Shown here one piece after another: positions 25,566 through 36,041 of a stretch of DNA of 64,000 nt. The DNA is from Methanothrix sp. Its GTDB lineage: Archaea; Halobacteriota; Methanosarcinia; Methanotrichales; Methanotrichaceae. The notes below the pieces were generated by a model. It did not search any database. It was given only the letters and a program-made list of their open reading frames with translations, and was not told the DNA's origin. The stretch lies in NCBI GenBank assembly GCA_963682135.1, contig OY821645.1, positions 352,001-416,000 on the forward strand, in the 5' to 3' direction. The translations under genes were made by a program, and so were the position numbers. Positions within the stretch are counted from its first letter, which is position 1, and each line of letters begins with the position of its first letter.

Positions 25566-28073
25566 TCATCTCATCCACAAAATATGCGCTTCTTCCAGGG
25601 GAATGAAAGCATGCTCATGATATGGTACAATTCGTGGGGTGTAGTCCTCCACCGCCCTTTTTGCCGGCACTCTTGCACGGTAAATAAATCCGTTAATTGC
25701 GCCCGCCAGCGGTCTTTGCTGCGTCATAATATTCTTCTCAGGACCGCTCTGCATGGGCAAAGGATCGGCATAAAGCTCCACCTTAACATCTTCCGAACGT
25801 AGCTCCCCAAAATATACTTCCACAGAAAAACTCCAGGAATCGCCCTCCTGGCTTGTAGTAAGCCTGCCGAATCGCAGCCCCTTCCAGTCCTCATTAAGCC
25901 GCTTCTGCCACTGGGCCAGCTCCTCTGCCAGCCTGGCCCCGTCTGCCGTTCTATTCCGATAGGCAATCGTTGCCGGACGGTAGATATTTTCTACATACTC
26001 CTGCATCATCCTGGCGCTGTTAAACCTGGGTGTAAGTCGAGCCATGCTGGCCTTCACCATAGCCACCCAGCCTTTCGGTATGCCTTCAACATCTCGCTCA
26101 TAAAAGAGAGGAACAACATTCTCCTCCAGCAAACCGTAGAGCTGCTTCGCATCAGCAACATCGCAGCCCGGCTCGCTGTGCTCCTGGTCATCTCCCAGGC
26201 ACCAGCCCACCTGCGGGTTGTAAGCCTCATCCCACCAGCCGTCTAGATTGGAGAGATTGAGTCCGCCGTTGGCCAGCACCTTCATGCCGCTCGTGCCGCA
26301 GGCTTCGTTGGGCCGGCGTGGCGTGTTGATCCAGACATCCACTCCCGGCTCCAGGTGCTGGGCCAGGTCGATGTCGTAATCCTCCAGAAATACCACCTGA
26401 TTGGAGATCTCCGGCCGGGCAGCAAAATTGACCATCTGCTTTACCATTCTCCTTCCCTGCTCGTCAGAGGGATGAGCCTTGGCTGCCATGACCAGTTGAA
26501 CGGGATGCTGGCTGTTTGTGAGAATGGCAATCAACCGTTCCGGATTTCTAAGGAGCAGGTCGGTTCGCTTGTAAGCGGTAGCCCTTCTGGCAAAGCCCAG
26601 GGTGAGGACATTGTAATTCAAGACATGTCGGGCAGTCTTCAGTTCCTCCTGGCCGGCTCCCCTTTCCTCAAGCTGCCGAGCATGACGGCGTCGAACATAA
26701 TCCACCAAATCTCTTCTGGCCTCAGCCCTGAAGCTCCAAATTTTTGCATCGCTCAACTGAATGATGCCATCTTTCAGATAGTCAATTCCTTCCGGCCAGC
26801 AGTCGCCCGGACAGGCCTCAGCCCAGAGCTTCTGGGCAGCCGGTGAATCCCAGGTGGGAATGTGAACTCCGTTGGTAACATACCCCACAGGCACCTCAAT
26901 CTCCGGCCAGCGGGCAAAGTGAGGCTGAAAGATCTTGCGGCTTACCCTACCATGCAGACGGGATACGCCATTGACGTGACTGCATCCGTTCAAGGCCAAA
27001 TGGGCCATGGTGAAAGGAATATTCTCATCTTCCGGTCGGATGGCGCCCAGAGCCATCAGATCAAGACGGGAGAGCCCCAAAAGATCCGCATAAAATTTGG
27101 CATATTTATCGACCAGTATTCGGTCGAAACGATCAAAGCCCGCTTCAACCGGGGTGTGGGCAGTAAAGACATTTCCCGCTCTGGTGGCCCAGAGGGCCGC
27201 TGCCAGAGAGCAGCCTGTCTTCTTCATGAAGCTGTGGGCCCTGGCCAGAACCACAAAGGCAGCATGCCCTTCATTCAAATGGCAGACCTCCGGCTGCACA
27301 CCCAGCTTCTCCAAAACCTGCCAACCGCCGATGCCAAGCACAATCTCCTGGATCAGCCGCCGTTCCTGGCCGGGAGCATAAAGGTTGGCAGTAATTGCCC
27401 TATCCCAGGGACTGTTCATGGGATCATTTGAATCGAGCAGATAGAGATTCACCCGGCAGACATTGGCCTGCCAGACGCGCAGGATAAGAGACCTTCCTGG
27501 AAGGCTGATCTTGACTCGCAGCCTTGATCCGTCTTTATCCCGAGCAGGAACCAGCGGCATGGTATCAGGATCGTTATAAGGAAATGCTTCCACCTGAGAG
27601 CCATCCGGCGCTAAGAGCTGGCGGAAGTATCCCTGCTGGTAGAGCAGTCCAATTCCTGTGATGGGAACCGCCAGATCGCTGGCCGTCTTGAGATGATCTC
27701 CCGCCAGCATGCCCAAGCCTCCCGAGTATATGGGCAGCGCCTCGGAAAGGCCGAACTCCATGCTGAAGTAAGCAATACAAGCAGGATCATTCTGCCCGGC
27801 TGGGAACGGCCTCTCCAGAAAGCTGGATCTTTTCTCCTGCCAGGATGAGATTTCTTTAACCAGCTCCTCATCTTTGGCCGCCTCTCGCAATCGTGCCGAA
27901 GAGACATTCTGCAAAATCAAGTAGGGATTTTTGGTCTTCTCCCAGGCCTCGGCATCGAGCAGCTCCCAGATCTTATCTGTGGTCTGACGAACCGTCCAGC
28001 GCAGATCCAGAGCCAGTTCAGCCAGACCTTCCAGGCCGGCGGGCAGGTCAAGGTCAGAATGGAGTAACATCAC
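25566..28073 (-). CDS. glgP: Alpha-glucan (glycogen/maltodextrin) phosphorylase
   Basis: AYFSMEFGL, YSGGLG.LAGDHLK, HLNEGHAAF, TNGVH, and PLP-site EACGTSGMK. Confidence 0.96.
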   Translation of the reverse strand: MMLLHSDLDLPAGLEGLAELALDLRWTVRQTTDKIWELLDAEAWEKTKNPYLILQNVSSARLREAAKDEELVKEISSWQEKRSSFLERPFPAGQNDPACIAYFSMEFGLSEALPIYSGGLGMLAGDHLKTASDLAVPITGIGLLYQQGYFRQLLAPDGSQVEAFPYNDPDTMPLVPARDKDGSRLRVKISLPGRSLILRVWQANVCRVNLYLLDSNDPMNSPWDRAITANLYAPGQERRLIQEIVLGIGGWQVLEKLGVQPEVCHLNEGHAAFVVLARAHSFMKKTGCSLAAALWATRAGNVFTAHTPVEAGFDRFDRILVDKYAKFYADLLGLSRLDLMALGAIRPEDENIPFTMAHLALNGCSHVNGVSRLHGRVSRKIFQPHFARWPEIEVPVGYVTNGVHIPTWDSPAAQKLWAEACPGDCWPEGIDYLKDGIIQLSDAKIWSFRAEARRDLVDYVRRRHARQLEERGAGQEELKTARHVLNYNVLTLGFARRATAYKRTDLLLRNPERLIAILTNSQHPVQLVMAAKAHPSDEQGRRMVKQMVNFAARPEISNQVVFLEDYDIDLAQHLEPGVDVWINTPRRPNEACGTSGMKVLANGGLNLSNLDGWWDEAYNPQVGWCLGDDQEHSEPGCDVADAKQLYGLLEENVVPLFYERDVEGIPKGWVAMVKASMARLTPRFNSARMMQEYVENIYRPATIAYRNRTADGARLAEELAQWQKRLNEDWKGLRFGRLTTSQEGDSWSFSVEVYFGELRSEDVKVELYADPLPMQSGPEKNIMTQQRPLAGAINGFIYRARVPAKRAVEDYTPRIVPYHEHAFIPLEEAHILWMR

Positions 28074-28159
28074 CTACCAATTATCAAGCTCATGTGAAAT
28101 CAAACTTTCGTGCAAAGATAGGGACTATTGAAGGTGATCTTAAATAGAAAAAATGCGTA

Positions 28160-30346
28160 TTGATCATCATTAGATTGTTCTGGATGGAGTGGGTTATGAG
28201 AATCAATCGGACTATATTGCAATTGGCAGTAATTGCTATCATCTGCCTGTATCCCGTTGCAGCTTCGGATCCGTCATCTTCTGCATCTGATCAGGAATCC
28301 GGCTGGTATGTTTATGAGACCCCCGAAGACTCTTCCCGGCTTGTGGAGAGTGCATCGATAGGCGCTCTACCGGATAAGAGCAGCCTTTTGATAATCGATT
28401 CCCAGGGCCGGCAGTCGCGCACTGCACTGGAGATCCCCTCCGGAACTTGGGCGCAACTTCGGCTGATGCCTCCGGCAAGCGGAGAGATGCAGCTCTTTTG
28501 CCTCTATCCCACCGGTTCAGTTGCCCAAATGCTCAGTGCCACCGTAGAGAAGGGCAAGAGCTACACTGCATGGTATCAGGCCGGCCTGGAAGGCGATTAT
28601 GAGCTGTGGTTTACAGTAGGCGAAGCTACGAGCAATTCCGTAAAATTCCAGGTCATCGAAGCGGAAGTTGCAGATGAAAGCGCTCCCATGGCAGGCGCAA
28701 ATATGGGTGGCGCAGGCATACTCTCAAGAGCCATCGTCAGCGTGCCGGGGATGTCCTACAGCGCGGCCCCTGCGGCTGCCCCTGCGATGGCTGCTGCCCC
28801 CAGTCCCAGTATCGGATTTTCTGCGGGCGGAGCCAAGGACATCAGCAACTTCCGGGAGAATATCTTGCAGGACTATTTACCGCTGCCCAGCGACGTAACA
28901 TACGAGGGCCTGTTTTATGATTATTACTTTGATACGGGAGCGGCAAAGGAATGCAAGAAGCTCTTCTGCCCGTCCTACAGCTATGCCGTCTCTAAAGATC
29001 CATTCTCACTACAATCGCAATACTATCTCTCAGTGGGCCTGAACTCCGGAATGACGGATTTTCAGAGAAAGAAGCTGAACCTGGTAGTGGTGCTGGACTT
29101 CTCCGGCTCCATGGGCAGCCCCTTCGATGAATACTACTACGACAGATTTGGCAACAAGGTAGAGCAGAAAGGCGACGATTCGAGCAAAAGCAAGACCAAG
29201 ATGCAGATTGCCGATGAGTCGGTGGTGGCCCTCCTGGATCATCTTAAGCCGGAAGACCGCTTCGGGATGGTATTATTCAGCGATGATGCCTTCCTGGTCG
29301 ATCCGCTCACCAGTGTTGCCGATAAAAATCCGGATCGCCTGAAGAGCCGCATCCTCAATATCAAGGAGACATACGGGACCAACATGGAGGCGGGAATGAA
29401 AGAGGGAACTGCTCTCTTCGATCGGTTCTTGCAGGCCGACAAATCGGAGTATGAGAACCGTATCATCTTCTTGACCGATGCCATGCCCAATATCGGCGAT
29501 AGCAGCGACCTGGGGCTCTATCGCATGCTGGAGGATAATGCCGATCAGGGAATTTACACCACATTTATCGGCATCGGAGTAGACTTCAACACGGAATTGA
29601 TAGAGAGCATCTCCAAGATCAAGGGGTCCAACTACTACTCTGTACACTCGGCAAGCGAATTTGGGGAGCGCATGAACGATGAGTTCGATTTCATGGTCAC
29701 ACCGCTGGTCTTCGATCTGCGCCTCAAGCTGGATGCGCCGGGCTATGAGATTGAAAAGGTCTACGGCTCTCCTGAAGCGGACCAGGCCACGGGCGAGCTG
29801 ATGAAGGTCAATACCCTCTTCCCCTCCAAGGCCGAGGAAGGCCAGGTTAAAGGCGGAGTGATCCTGGTGAAGCTGAAGAAGCTTTCCAATCAGGGGAACA
29901 TGCGGCTTAGCGTGAGCTATGAGGATCGAAATGGGGTGAAAGATAGCGATGAAGCCGAAGTGAATATGGCAGAGGAAAATGCGGATTTCTACCAGAACAG
30001 CGGTATCCGAAAAGCTGTGCTTCTCTCTCGCTACGCTGATCTGCTCAAGAACTGGCTAATAGATGAGAGAACGGCAGCAGATAATGGCTGGAAGATTGTG
30101 CCGTCTGTGACATTGGCCAATGGAATTGTCATCCCCATTGAGCTAGGAGAGTGGGAACGCCAGTCATTACCTCTTACTGTCTCAGAGCCCTATCCAGATC
30201 TGTTTGGCCGGTTCTCTGATTACTTCCAGAGTGAGTCTCAGATATTGGGCGACAGCACTCTGGAGCAGGAAGAGGCGATACAAAAGAAGCTGGCGGGTTT
30301 TGCCGGACCCACGATGAACGGAAACACAACGCCGAAAGGGGTATAA
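28160..30346 (+). CDS. Secreted von Willebrand factor A (VWA) domain protein
   Basis: Signal peptide (likely start 28196), Ala/Pro-rich linker, MIDAS motif VVLDFSGSM...TNMEAG...FLTDAMPN. Confidence 0.88.
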   Translation: MIIIRLFWMEWVMRINRTILQLAVIAIICLYPVAASDPSSSASDQESGWYVYETPEDSSRLVESASIGALPDKSSLLIIDSQGRQSRTALEIPSGTWAQLRLMPPASGEMQLFCLYPTGSVAQMLSATVEKGKSYTAWYQAGLEGDYELWFTVGEATSNSVKFQVIEAEVADESAPMAGANMGGAGILSRAIVSVPGMSYSAAPAAAPAMAAAPSPSIGFSAGGAKDISNFRENILQDYLPLPSDVTYEGLFYDYYFDTGAAKECKKLFCPSYSYAVSKDPFSLQSQYYLSVGLNSGMTDFQRKKLNLVVVLDFSGSMGSPFDEYYYDRFGNKVEQKGDDSSKSKTKMQIADESVVALLDHLKPEDRFGMVLFSDDAFLVDPLTSVADKNPDRLKSRILNIKETYGTNMEAGMKEGTALFDRFLQADKSEYENRIIFLTDAMPNIGDSSDLGLYRMLEDNADQGIYTTFIGIGVDFNTELIESISKIKGSNYYSVHSASEFGERMNDEFDFMVTPLVFDLRLKLDAPGYEIEKVYGSPEADQATGELMKVNTLFPSKAEEGQVKGGVILVKLKKLSNQGNMRLSVSYEDRNGVKDSDEAEVNMAEENADFYQNSGIRKAVLLSRYADLLKNWLIDERTAADNGWKIVPSVTLANGIVIPIELGEWERQSLPLTVSEPYPDLFGRFSDYFQSESQILGDSTLEQEEAIQKKLAGFAGPTMNGNTTPKGV

Positions 30347-30432
30347 AAGAGAATAAGATCAAAAGAGTTAGAAAAGCGGCTTTGAGATGACCCAAAAGCC
30401 GCTATCTTTTTTTCCAGTATTTTCCGTCTGCA

Positions 30433-31587
30433 TTACTTGGTTATCAGCACATCTTTTAGCGGCCTTCTTGTCGAATGCTCTTCGGCTGATCCGGCATATC
30501 CCAGCCGGAAGGCCTGCTGTACCTGCCTCATCTCTGATGGGCCAGGCAGAAGACCGGTCAGATTTTCCTTTGTCTGCTCCGTCTCCAGTGCCTGGCTCAT
30601 GGGATGCAAGCTTATTCCCAGAGCCGTTGCACAAAGCCAGAATCGCTCCAGTGCCCTTCCCGCTTTGATGGATGATATGCTATCATTATTTGCGGTTCTG
30701 ATGAAACCGAGGTATGGAGTGCTGTTGATCAGCAGAGCATCCTTTTCTGTCTGCTCCGGCCCCACATCTAAGAATACGACCGCAAGCTGTGCCATTTTAG
30801 CCTGCACGCCCGTGGGCCCCATAACGCCCTGGCTCAGCCAGTGGCCAAGCTCGCTCTTAAAGTCGGCATCGGAATACTGAATGCCGTTTGCCTGCACAAC
30901 AAGATCTTGGAAGCTTTTCTTTATGGCGAGGTCGCGGGTTATGAAAATACTTGCATCCGCATCGGAGCTTAGGCTCTTCATGCTCTCCAGATCAGACTCA
31001 GAGATTGCCCGCGTCTCGTAAGGATTGCGGTTTGTCTGGCGGGAAAGGATGGCTGAGAAGAGCCGGGGATCTCCTGATGAGTTGGTCGAGGGCTGCAATA
31101 TCACTTTAGCGGCGAGATCTTTTTCACCTGGAAGGTAAACGACACTGGAGTTGTAGCCGAAATGATCAGCGGCAACGATCAGATTTTCCAGGGCACAGCC
31201 CAAACTTATATACAGCTCTCTTTGATCTTCATCCGCAACCTGCAGCCATCTTGACTTATCGGCAAAGATCAGGATACTGTTATTGGTGACGTTAAACTTC
31301 CAGGGCTGGCTGTTATGGCTGGAGGGCGCGAGGATGGCATAATTGAGCAAGAAGGTAAGCATCTCCTCTCTGCTATCGTTTGCAGGAAAGTCGCTCTCTT
31401 TCACATTCCAGGCTTGCAGCGAAGCTTCAGGCTGCATCAAAACGCCTGCCAGCACCATCCCCAAGATCAAGAATATGCTAATCACTACAACTTTAGTCGT
31501 CGAAACTGCCATGATCGGTTGCCTCTTGTCTGCCATCGAGACTGATGAAGTCCTATTTATAATCAAGCAAAATTTGTTTTTTGGCAA
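30433..31587 (-). CDS. Acg-family FMN-binding nitroreductase with an N-terminal hydrophobic segment
   Basis: AILAPSSHNSQPWKF, SLGCALENL, RQTNR, GRALERFWL.AT..G, FRLGY...RRP. True start probably 31536 or 31512. Confidence 0.87.
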   Translation of the reverse strand: MPKNKFCLIINRTSSVSMADKRQPIMAVSTTKVVVISIFLILGMVLAGVLMQPEASLQAWNVKESDFPANDSREEMLTFLLNYAILAPSSHNSQPWKFNVTNNSILIFADKSRWLQVADEDQRELYISLGCALENLIVAADHFGYNSSVVYLPGEKDLAAKVILQPSTNSSGDPRLFSAILSRQTNRNPYETRAISESDLESMKSLSSDADASIFITRDLAIKKSFQDLVVQANGIQYSDADFKSELGHWLSQGVMGPTGVQAKMAQLAVVFLDVGPEQTEKDALLINSTPYLGFIRTANNDSISSIKAGRALERFWLCATALGISLHPMSQALETEQTKENLTGLLPGPSEMRQVQQAFRLGYAGSAEEHSTRRPLKDVLITK

Positions 31588-31636
31588 GGTTTATTTGTGA
31601 GTAATTACAGAAATCCACTGATCTGGAGGAATTGGA

Positions 31637-33379
31637 TTGTTAAATCTATTAATTTTTAAATTTATGTATGATCGTCCTGGAAAATCTCTTGTTAGATGGG
31701 GCCTACTTACCATCGCTCTAATGTTGCTTGGCACTTCATTAGCAGCCTGTGACCCCGTCAATTCCACGCAAGAAACAGTTGAGCTTCAGATATTGGCCTT
31801 TAACGATTTTCACGGCCAGATTGAGCCGCCCTCCGGCAGCGAGATTCTATACTACAACGCCAGCAATTATCCTTTTCAGGCTGAGCTTGGGGGTGCGTCA
31901 TATTTGGCAACTCAGATCAAGGCGCTTAGAGCCACCAATCCCAATACAGTAATTGTATCGGCTGGGGACTGCATTGGCGCCAGCCCGCCGGTTTCGGCGC
32001 TTTTTCACGATGAGCCCACCATCGAGGCATTAAGCAAGATGGGTCTTGACTATTCTGCCGCAGGCAACCATGAATTCGATGAAGGCGTATCTGAGCTGCA
32101 GCGCATGCAGCATGGCTGTTGCCACCAGGTCGACGGCTGCCAGGATAAGGATCGATTTGTGGGGGCGGGCTACTATTACCTCACGGCAAATGTGGTCAAT
32201 AACAGTACTAACAACACGCTTTTTCCGCCCTACGAGGTCCGGGAGATAGAGGGAATCCCGGTGGCTTTTATTGGCGTATCCCTGAAAAATACTCCCACCG
32301 TTGTTACGCCATCAGGTGTCAGGGGCTTCTCTTTCCTGGATGAGGCTGATTCGATCAATGCCGTTGTTCGGGAGCTTAAGGAAAAGGGCATTAAGACAAT
32401 TATTGTCCTGATTCATAATGGCGGCCAACAGGATGGACTGCCCAGCGAGAGCCGAAATTTCTCCGGGTCCATCATTGACATTGTCAAACGCAGCGATAAA
32501 GAGGTAGATGTATTTGTCACCGGGCATACTCATGAGTATTATGTCTCCAACATTGATGGGCGCATTGTGACCCAGGCAGGCTGGCAAGGCAAGTTCATTA
32601 CCGATATCGATCTGGTCATAAGCAAAGAAACGGGGGACGTTCTCCTGGCCAGAGCCAAGAACGTGGCCGTCACCCGTGACGTACCCAAAGATGCAGATGT
32701 ATTTGAAATTGTAGAAAAGTACTCGGCATTGGAAGAACCATTGACTCAAAAAGTAATCGGATCGATAACTGGGGATATTCTCAAGAAGCCGAGCAATTCA
32801 GGCGAATTGGCTACAGGCGAATCGGCTTTGGGAGACGTCGTCGCCGACTCACAGCTCTACTCTGCAAGAGAAGCTGGCGCAGTAGTCGCTTTCATGAATA
32901 TTGGTGGTATTCGCACCGATCTATTTTACAGAGCGAGCGATAACGAGGGTGCAGGCAATGTGACCTATGGCGAGGCTTTCAGTGTGCAGCCCTTTGGCAA
33001 TAGCATATATACTGTGAATCTGACGGGAAGCCAGATCGATGAGCTGCTGGAGGAGCAATTCGACAATCCAGAAGTCGAGAGAAATAGCATTCTTCAGGTC
33101 TCTCGCGGCTTTTTCTACACCTGGAACAAGAGTGCTCCCACCGGTCAGAAGGTCGATATCAGCTCCATCAAGATCAATGGAACGGCCATAGATCCAGAGG
33201 GAAGCTATCGCATCGCTGCCAATCTATTCCTGGCGGACGGGGGAGATAACTTCAGCGTCTTCAAATCAGGTGTGGATCGGGTCTGCGGAGTTAGCGATCT
33301 TGATGCCTTTGTGGAATACTTCCAGGCGTTCTCGCCTGTATCGCCCGGAAAGATGGATCGGATTGCAGTTATAGGTTAG
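31637..33379 (+). CDS. Secreted bifunctional metallophosphatase / 5'-nucleotidase
   Basis: FNDFHGQ, SAGD, GNHEFD, GHTH, and C-terminal NIGGIR...PFGN...FLADGGD. Likely start 31664. Confidence 0.93.
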   Translation: MLNLLIFKFMYDRPGKSLVRWGLLTIALMLLGTSLAACDPVNSTQETVELQILAFNDFHGQIEPPSGSEILYYNASNYPFQAELGGASYLATQIKALRATNPNTVIVSAGDCIGASPPVSALFHDEPTIEALSKMGLDYSAAGNHEFDEGVSELQRMQHGCCHQVDGCQDKDRFVGAGYYYLTANVVNNSTNNTLFPPYEVREIEGIPVAFIGVSLKNTPTVVTPSGVRGFSFLDEADSINAVVRELKEKGIKTIIVLIHNGGQQDGLPSESRNFSGSIIDIVKRSDKEVDVFVTGHTHEYYVSNIDGRIVTQAGWQGKFITDIDLVISKETGDVLLARAKNVAVTRDVPKDADVFEIVEKYSALEEPLTQKVIGSITGDILKKPSNSGELATGESALGDVVADSQLYSAREAGAVVAFMNIGGIRTDLFYRASDNEGAGNVTYGEAFSVQPFGNSIYTVNLTGSQIDELLEEQFDNPEVERNSILQVSRGFFYTWNKSAPTGQKVDISSIKINGTAIDPEGSYRIAANLFLADGGDNFSVFKSGVDRVCGVSDLDAFVEYFQAFSPVSPGKMDRIAVIG

Positions 33380-33506
33380 CCGATTAGGTAGAAAGAGTAG
33401 GCTTAAGATCCCAGGCGGAGCAGTACCGGCGTCTTGGTGCCAGCTTCCTGGTCTGGGATCTCTTAAAATCAAGGGTATTAGAGCTTGAAGCACTAAGATT
33501 GAGATT

Positions 33507-33968
33507 TCAAACCCCACTCACCCCTATATCACAGGCCTTGCTGCCGATCTCGCAGATCCGACAGACCTCGTGCTCTTCATCTAGCTGGCGGGATGCCGTG
33601 GCCAACACGCTGGCGCTTAAAATGTTTCCCGCAAGAAATACAGCAGCTGCAATCTGATCATCCGGAACGCCTAAATTTGAAGCTAACCGGATATGCAATT
33701 TTAAGCAGTGACTGCATCTCATGGCAGCCGAGACTGAAATGGATATAAGCTCTATGGTTTTGGCATCTAATGCAGAGCTCCTCAGAATGGAATTGTTGTA
33801 GAGCACTTTCGTTATCAGAATATCTGGATTATCCTTCATGAATGAAAATACATAAGGAACTTCACCATAGGTCTCCTCTACAGCTTGCATGATGTCTTCT
33901 GCAGCCTTCTCCTTGCCTTTGGCCAAAATGGCATCCAGCTCATCATCTAAACTTATGATCATATCCAT
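33507..33968 (-). CDS. Carboxymuconolactone decarboxylase / AhpD-like protein
   Basis: LDAKTIELISISVSAAMRCSHCLKLH, the AhpD-type E-x-CxxC-xx-H core. Confidence 0.88.
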   Translation of the reverse strand: MDMIISLDDELDAILAKGKEKAAEDIMQAVEETYGEVPYVFSFMKDNPDILITKVLYNNSILRSSALDAKTIELISISVSAAMRCSHCLKLHIRLASNLGVPDDQIAAAVFLAGNILSASVLATASRQLDEEHEVCRICEIGSKACDIGVSGV

Positions 33969-34012
33969 CTCCTAAAGGATTACATAAATTCAAAAAAGTG
34001 TTCTTTACCAAA

Positions 34013-34159
34013 TTATCCTGATAATTTTACAAATGATAATCCGGCTAGAGCTACCAATGCATCACCTACCAACATATACATTGTTGCTCCTCCTGAGACA
34101 AGTATTGCTCCAATTCCTACTATAAATAAAACAGCCGGTATGATTGCCCCTATTCCCAT
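34013..34159 (-). CDS. Small hydrophobic membrane protein (48 aa), below the ORF-track cutoff
   Basis: MGIGAIIPAVLFIVGIGAILVSGGATMYMLVGDALVALAGLSFVKLSG with a strong GGAGGAGGT RBS upstream. Two predicted TM segments. Confidence 0.7.
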   Translation of the reverse strand: MGIGAIIPAVLFIVGIGAILVSGGATMYMLVGDALVALAGLSFVKLSG

Positions 34160-34201
34160 ATCATTACCTCCTCCACGCCATCAGATTTGCCCTTGCATCC
34201 T

Positions 34202-34390
34202 TTACGGATACATGCTAATTACAGCGGCTACGATCACAAATATCGCTGCAAAACCCATTACCAGTTTATGTGTCTCAGGCATAAGATGCACCTGTTTATC
34301 CATGCCTGGAAACCATTTAGGATTATGCTCAACAACCCATGCGATCCATTTCTCATGTTGAAGCATGGCATCAGATTTCTGTACGGCCAT
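34202..34390 (-). CDS. Small membrane protein (62 aa) with a C-terminal TM helix
   Basis: AGGTGG upstream of ATG, hydrophobic LVMGFAAIFVIVAAVISMY, co-oriented with its neighbours. Confidence 0.7.
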   Translation of the reverse strand: MAVQKSDAMLQHEKWIAWVVEHNPKWFPGMDKQVHLMPETHKLVMGFAAIFVIVAAVISMYP

Positions 34391-34903
34391 AGTCCACCTT
34401 CATCTCCTCTCTTCTTCGTCCTTGCACAGATGGGGAAACAGGCCAGAAGATCCTTCAGCTCCTTCAGCTTCTGGCCTGCATCGATTGCTGGCTAGGACAT
34501 TGAGCTACATTATCTACTAGCTTATCAATATTGTGGTAAAAAGACATAAATATTACCCTTTTACGCTAAAATTTACTAATTAATTTTTCAATAAATAGTA
34601 GAAATACATAAATATGAAAAACGGAAATCCCCTCGAAAGGTATTTTACCCTAAAAAACAGTAGCCTGGGAATGTGGGACAAAGTGATGGTCTAATTTCTG
34701 TTAATATATTAGAAGCCAGGCTTTGGGGCATATGCGACAGGAGATGAGGCCGGCCTTGCTGGATCAGCCAGAAAACCAGCACGAAAATCAATATTCAGTT
34801 TTGCCTGCTCGGAGAAGATTTATAAAGCATCAGAAGGATAAATTCAAAAATTAACTCAGGTAGATGGAGAACATCAAATAAAAATGAAGAGGCGCATTAC
34901 TAA

Positions 34904-35365
34904 ATGCCCAGCATCAAATATACCAGAATAGAGATAACTTCCAATGCCTACAGGTCTTTAGAAGCAGAAGCCATATTACAGGGTAAGACTCTAAAGAAAT
35001 TGGCTTCGGAATTGATACTAAAAGGTGTCTCCAAGAAAGCTATAGATTTTGTCAAGGAATCTCCTGAGCCGTCTATTTTTAGCGAGCCTGATATGAAACT
35101 TGACGAAAAAACCGCAGAAATTATCGAACGGATAGGCGCTGTGGGAATTCATATTAGCGACGCGACACTAAAGTCGGTTAAAGAAGCTATTTTACATGAT
35201 GGCTTTCAAGGAGCAATGCTGCATGTTGCCCAGAATACTGCCTCTTTGGAAAGAGATGAGCTTCACCGGGTGCTAGCCATCTGCAGGAGCAATAAGCTTT
35301 CGATAAAGATAGCTGCCTACCTCATCGAAAATTTAAATGAAATAGAATCAGGCAAATGGAAGTAA
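34904..35365 (+). CDS. Hypothetical protein with a ribbon-helix-helix-like N-terminus
   Basis: YTRIEITSNAYRSLEAEAILQGKTLKKLASELIL resembles an RHH strand-helix-helix. Confidence 0.6.
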   Translation: MPSIKYTRIEITSNAYRSLEAEAILQGKTLKKLASELILKGVSKKAIDFVKESPEPSIFSEPDMKLDEKTAEIIERIGAVGIHISDATLKSVKEAILHDGFQGAMLHVAQNTASLERDELHRVLAICRSNKLSIKIAAYLIENLNEIESGKWK

Positions 35366-35369
35366 TACA

Positions 35370-35914
35370 TATAAGTGACGGGCATACAGGACTTCTCGCA
35401 GTTTATTGAGGCAAAAGTCGAGGTTGATACCGATTCTATTTTAAGAAAACGGCAGAAGTTTGGCCGTTTTGTCCTTGCCACTAATAAAATGGATCTGGAA
35501 GGGGAGACCACTCTTGCCAATTAAAAAGGGCAACAGAAGGTTGAGCATGGATTTCGCTTCTTTAAGGATAAATGCTTTCATGCTGCAAAGATCTATCTCA
35601 AGAAAGAGGAGCTAACAGAATCGCTAGCCATGATCATGGTTCTCGCTCTTCTCGTCTATGCTTTCGCGAATGGATCTTAAGGAAAAAACTAAGTTAAACC
35701 GGACTGTACCCAATCAGCTCAAAAAACCGACCCAAAAACCAACTATGAGATGAGTGTTCCCGATTTTTATGGGGGTCACACACACGGTATTGATTGAAGA
35801 CGGTCATGTGGTCAAAACAATAGTTCACCTAACCCAAGAACAGGTAACGATACTCAAGCTACTTGGACCGGAATGCAAAATACTATGGGTTGTAGGGTTA
35901 ATGCGGAATGTGGG
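35370..35914 (+). pseudogene. IS1634-family transposase remnant (3' part with right end)
   Basis: Manual translation GRFVLATNKMDLEGETTLAN*KGQQKVEHGFRFFKDK...IYLKKEE...LAMIMVLALLVY, then PNQLKKPTQKPTMR, with stops and frameshifts. Ends in tgcggaatgtggg (35902-35914), resembling IS1634 termini. Confidence 0.85.
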
Positions 35915-36041
35915 ATAATTGTCCTTATTGTGGATTATCGATAGATCGAGATCTCAATGCTGCTCTTAACATCGCAAGACTGGGGCTAAAGTCTTTGGCA
36001 TCAGCCTAGATGCCCGCCAATTCATTGGCGGGAGTCGTCAC
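35915..36041 (+). pseudogene. tnpB: C-terminal fragment of IS200/IS605 tnpB plus element right end
   Basis: Translates NCPYCGLSIDRDLNAALNIARLGLKSLASA* (Zn finger half plus RuvC-III DRDxNAAxNI). Followed by hairpin cccgccaa-ttca-ttggcggg (36013-36032) and a TCAC end at 36038-36041. Confidence 0.88.

Noticed and set aside
33403-33466. Imperfect inverted repeat (agatcccag...ctgggatct) as a possible ncRNA or MITE
   Set aside because: Single copy between convergent genes, with no target duplication or tRNA features. Most simply a terminator-like stem.
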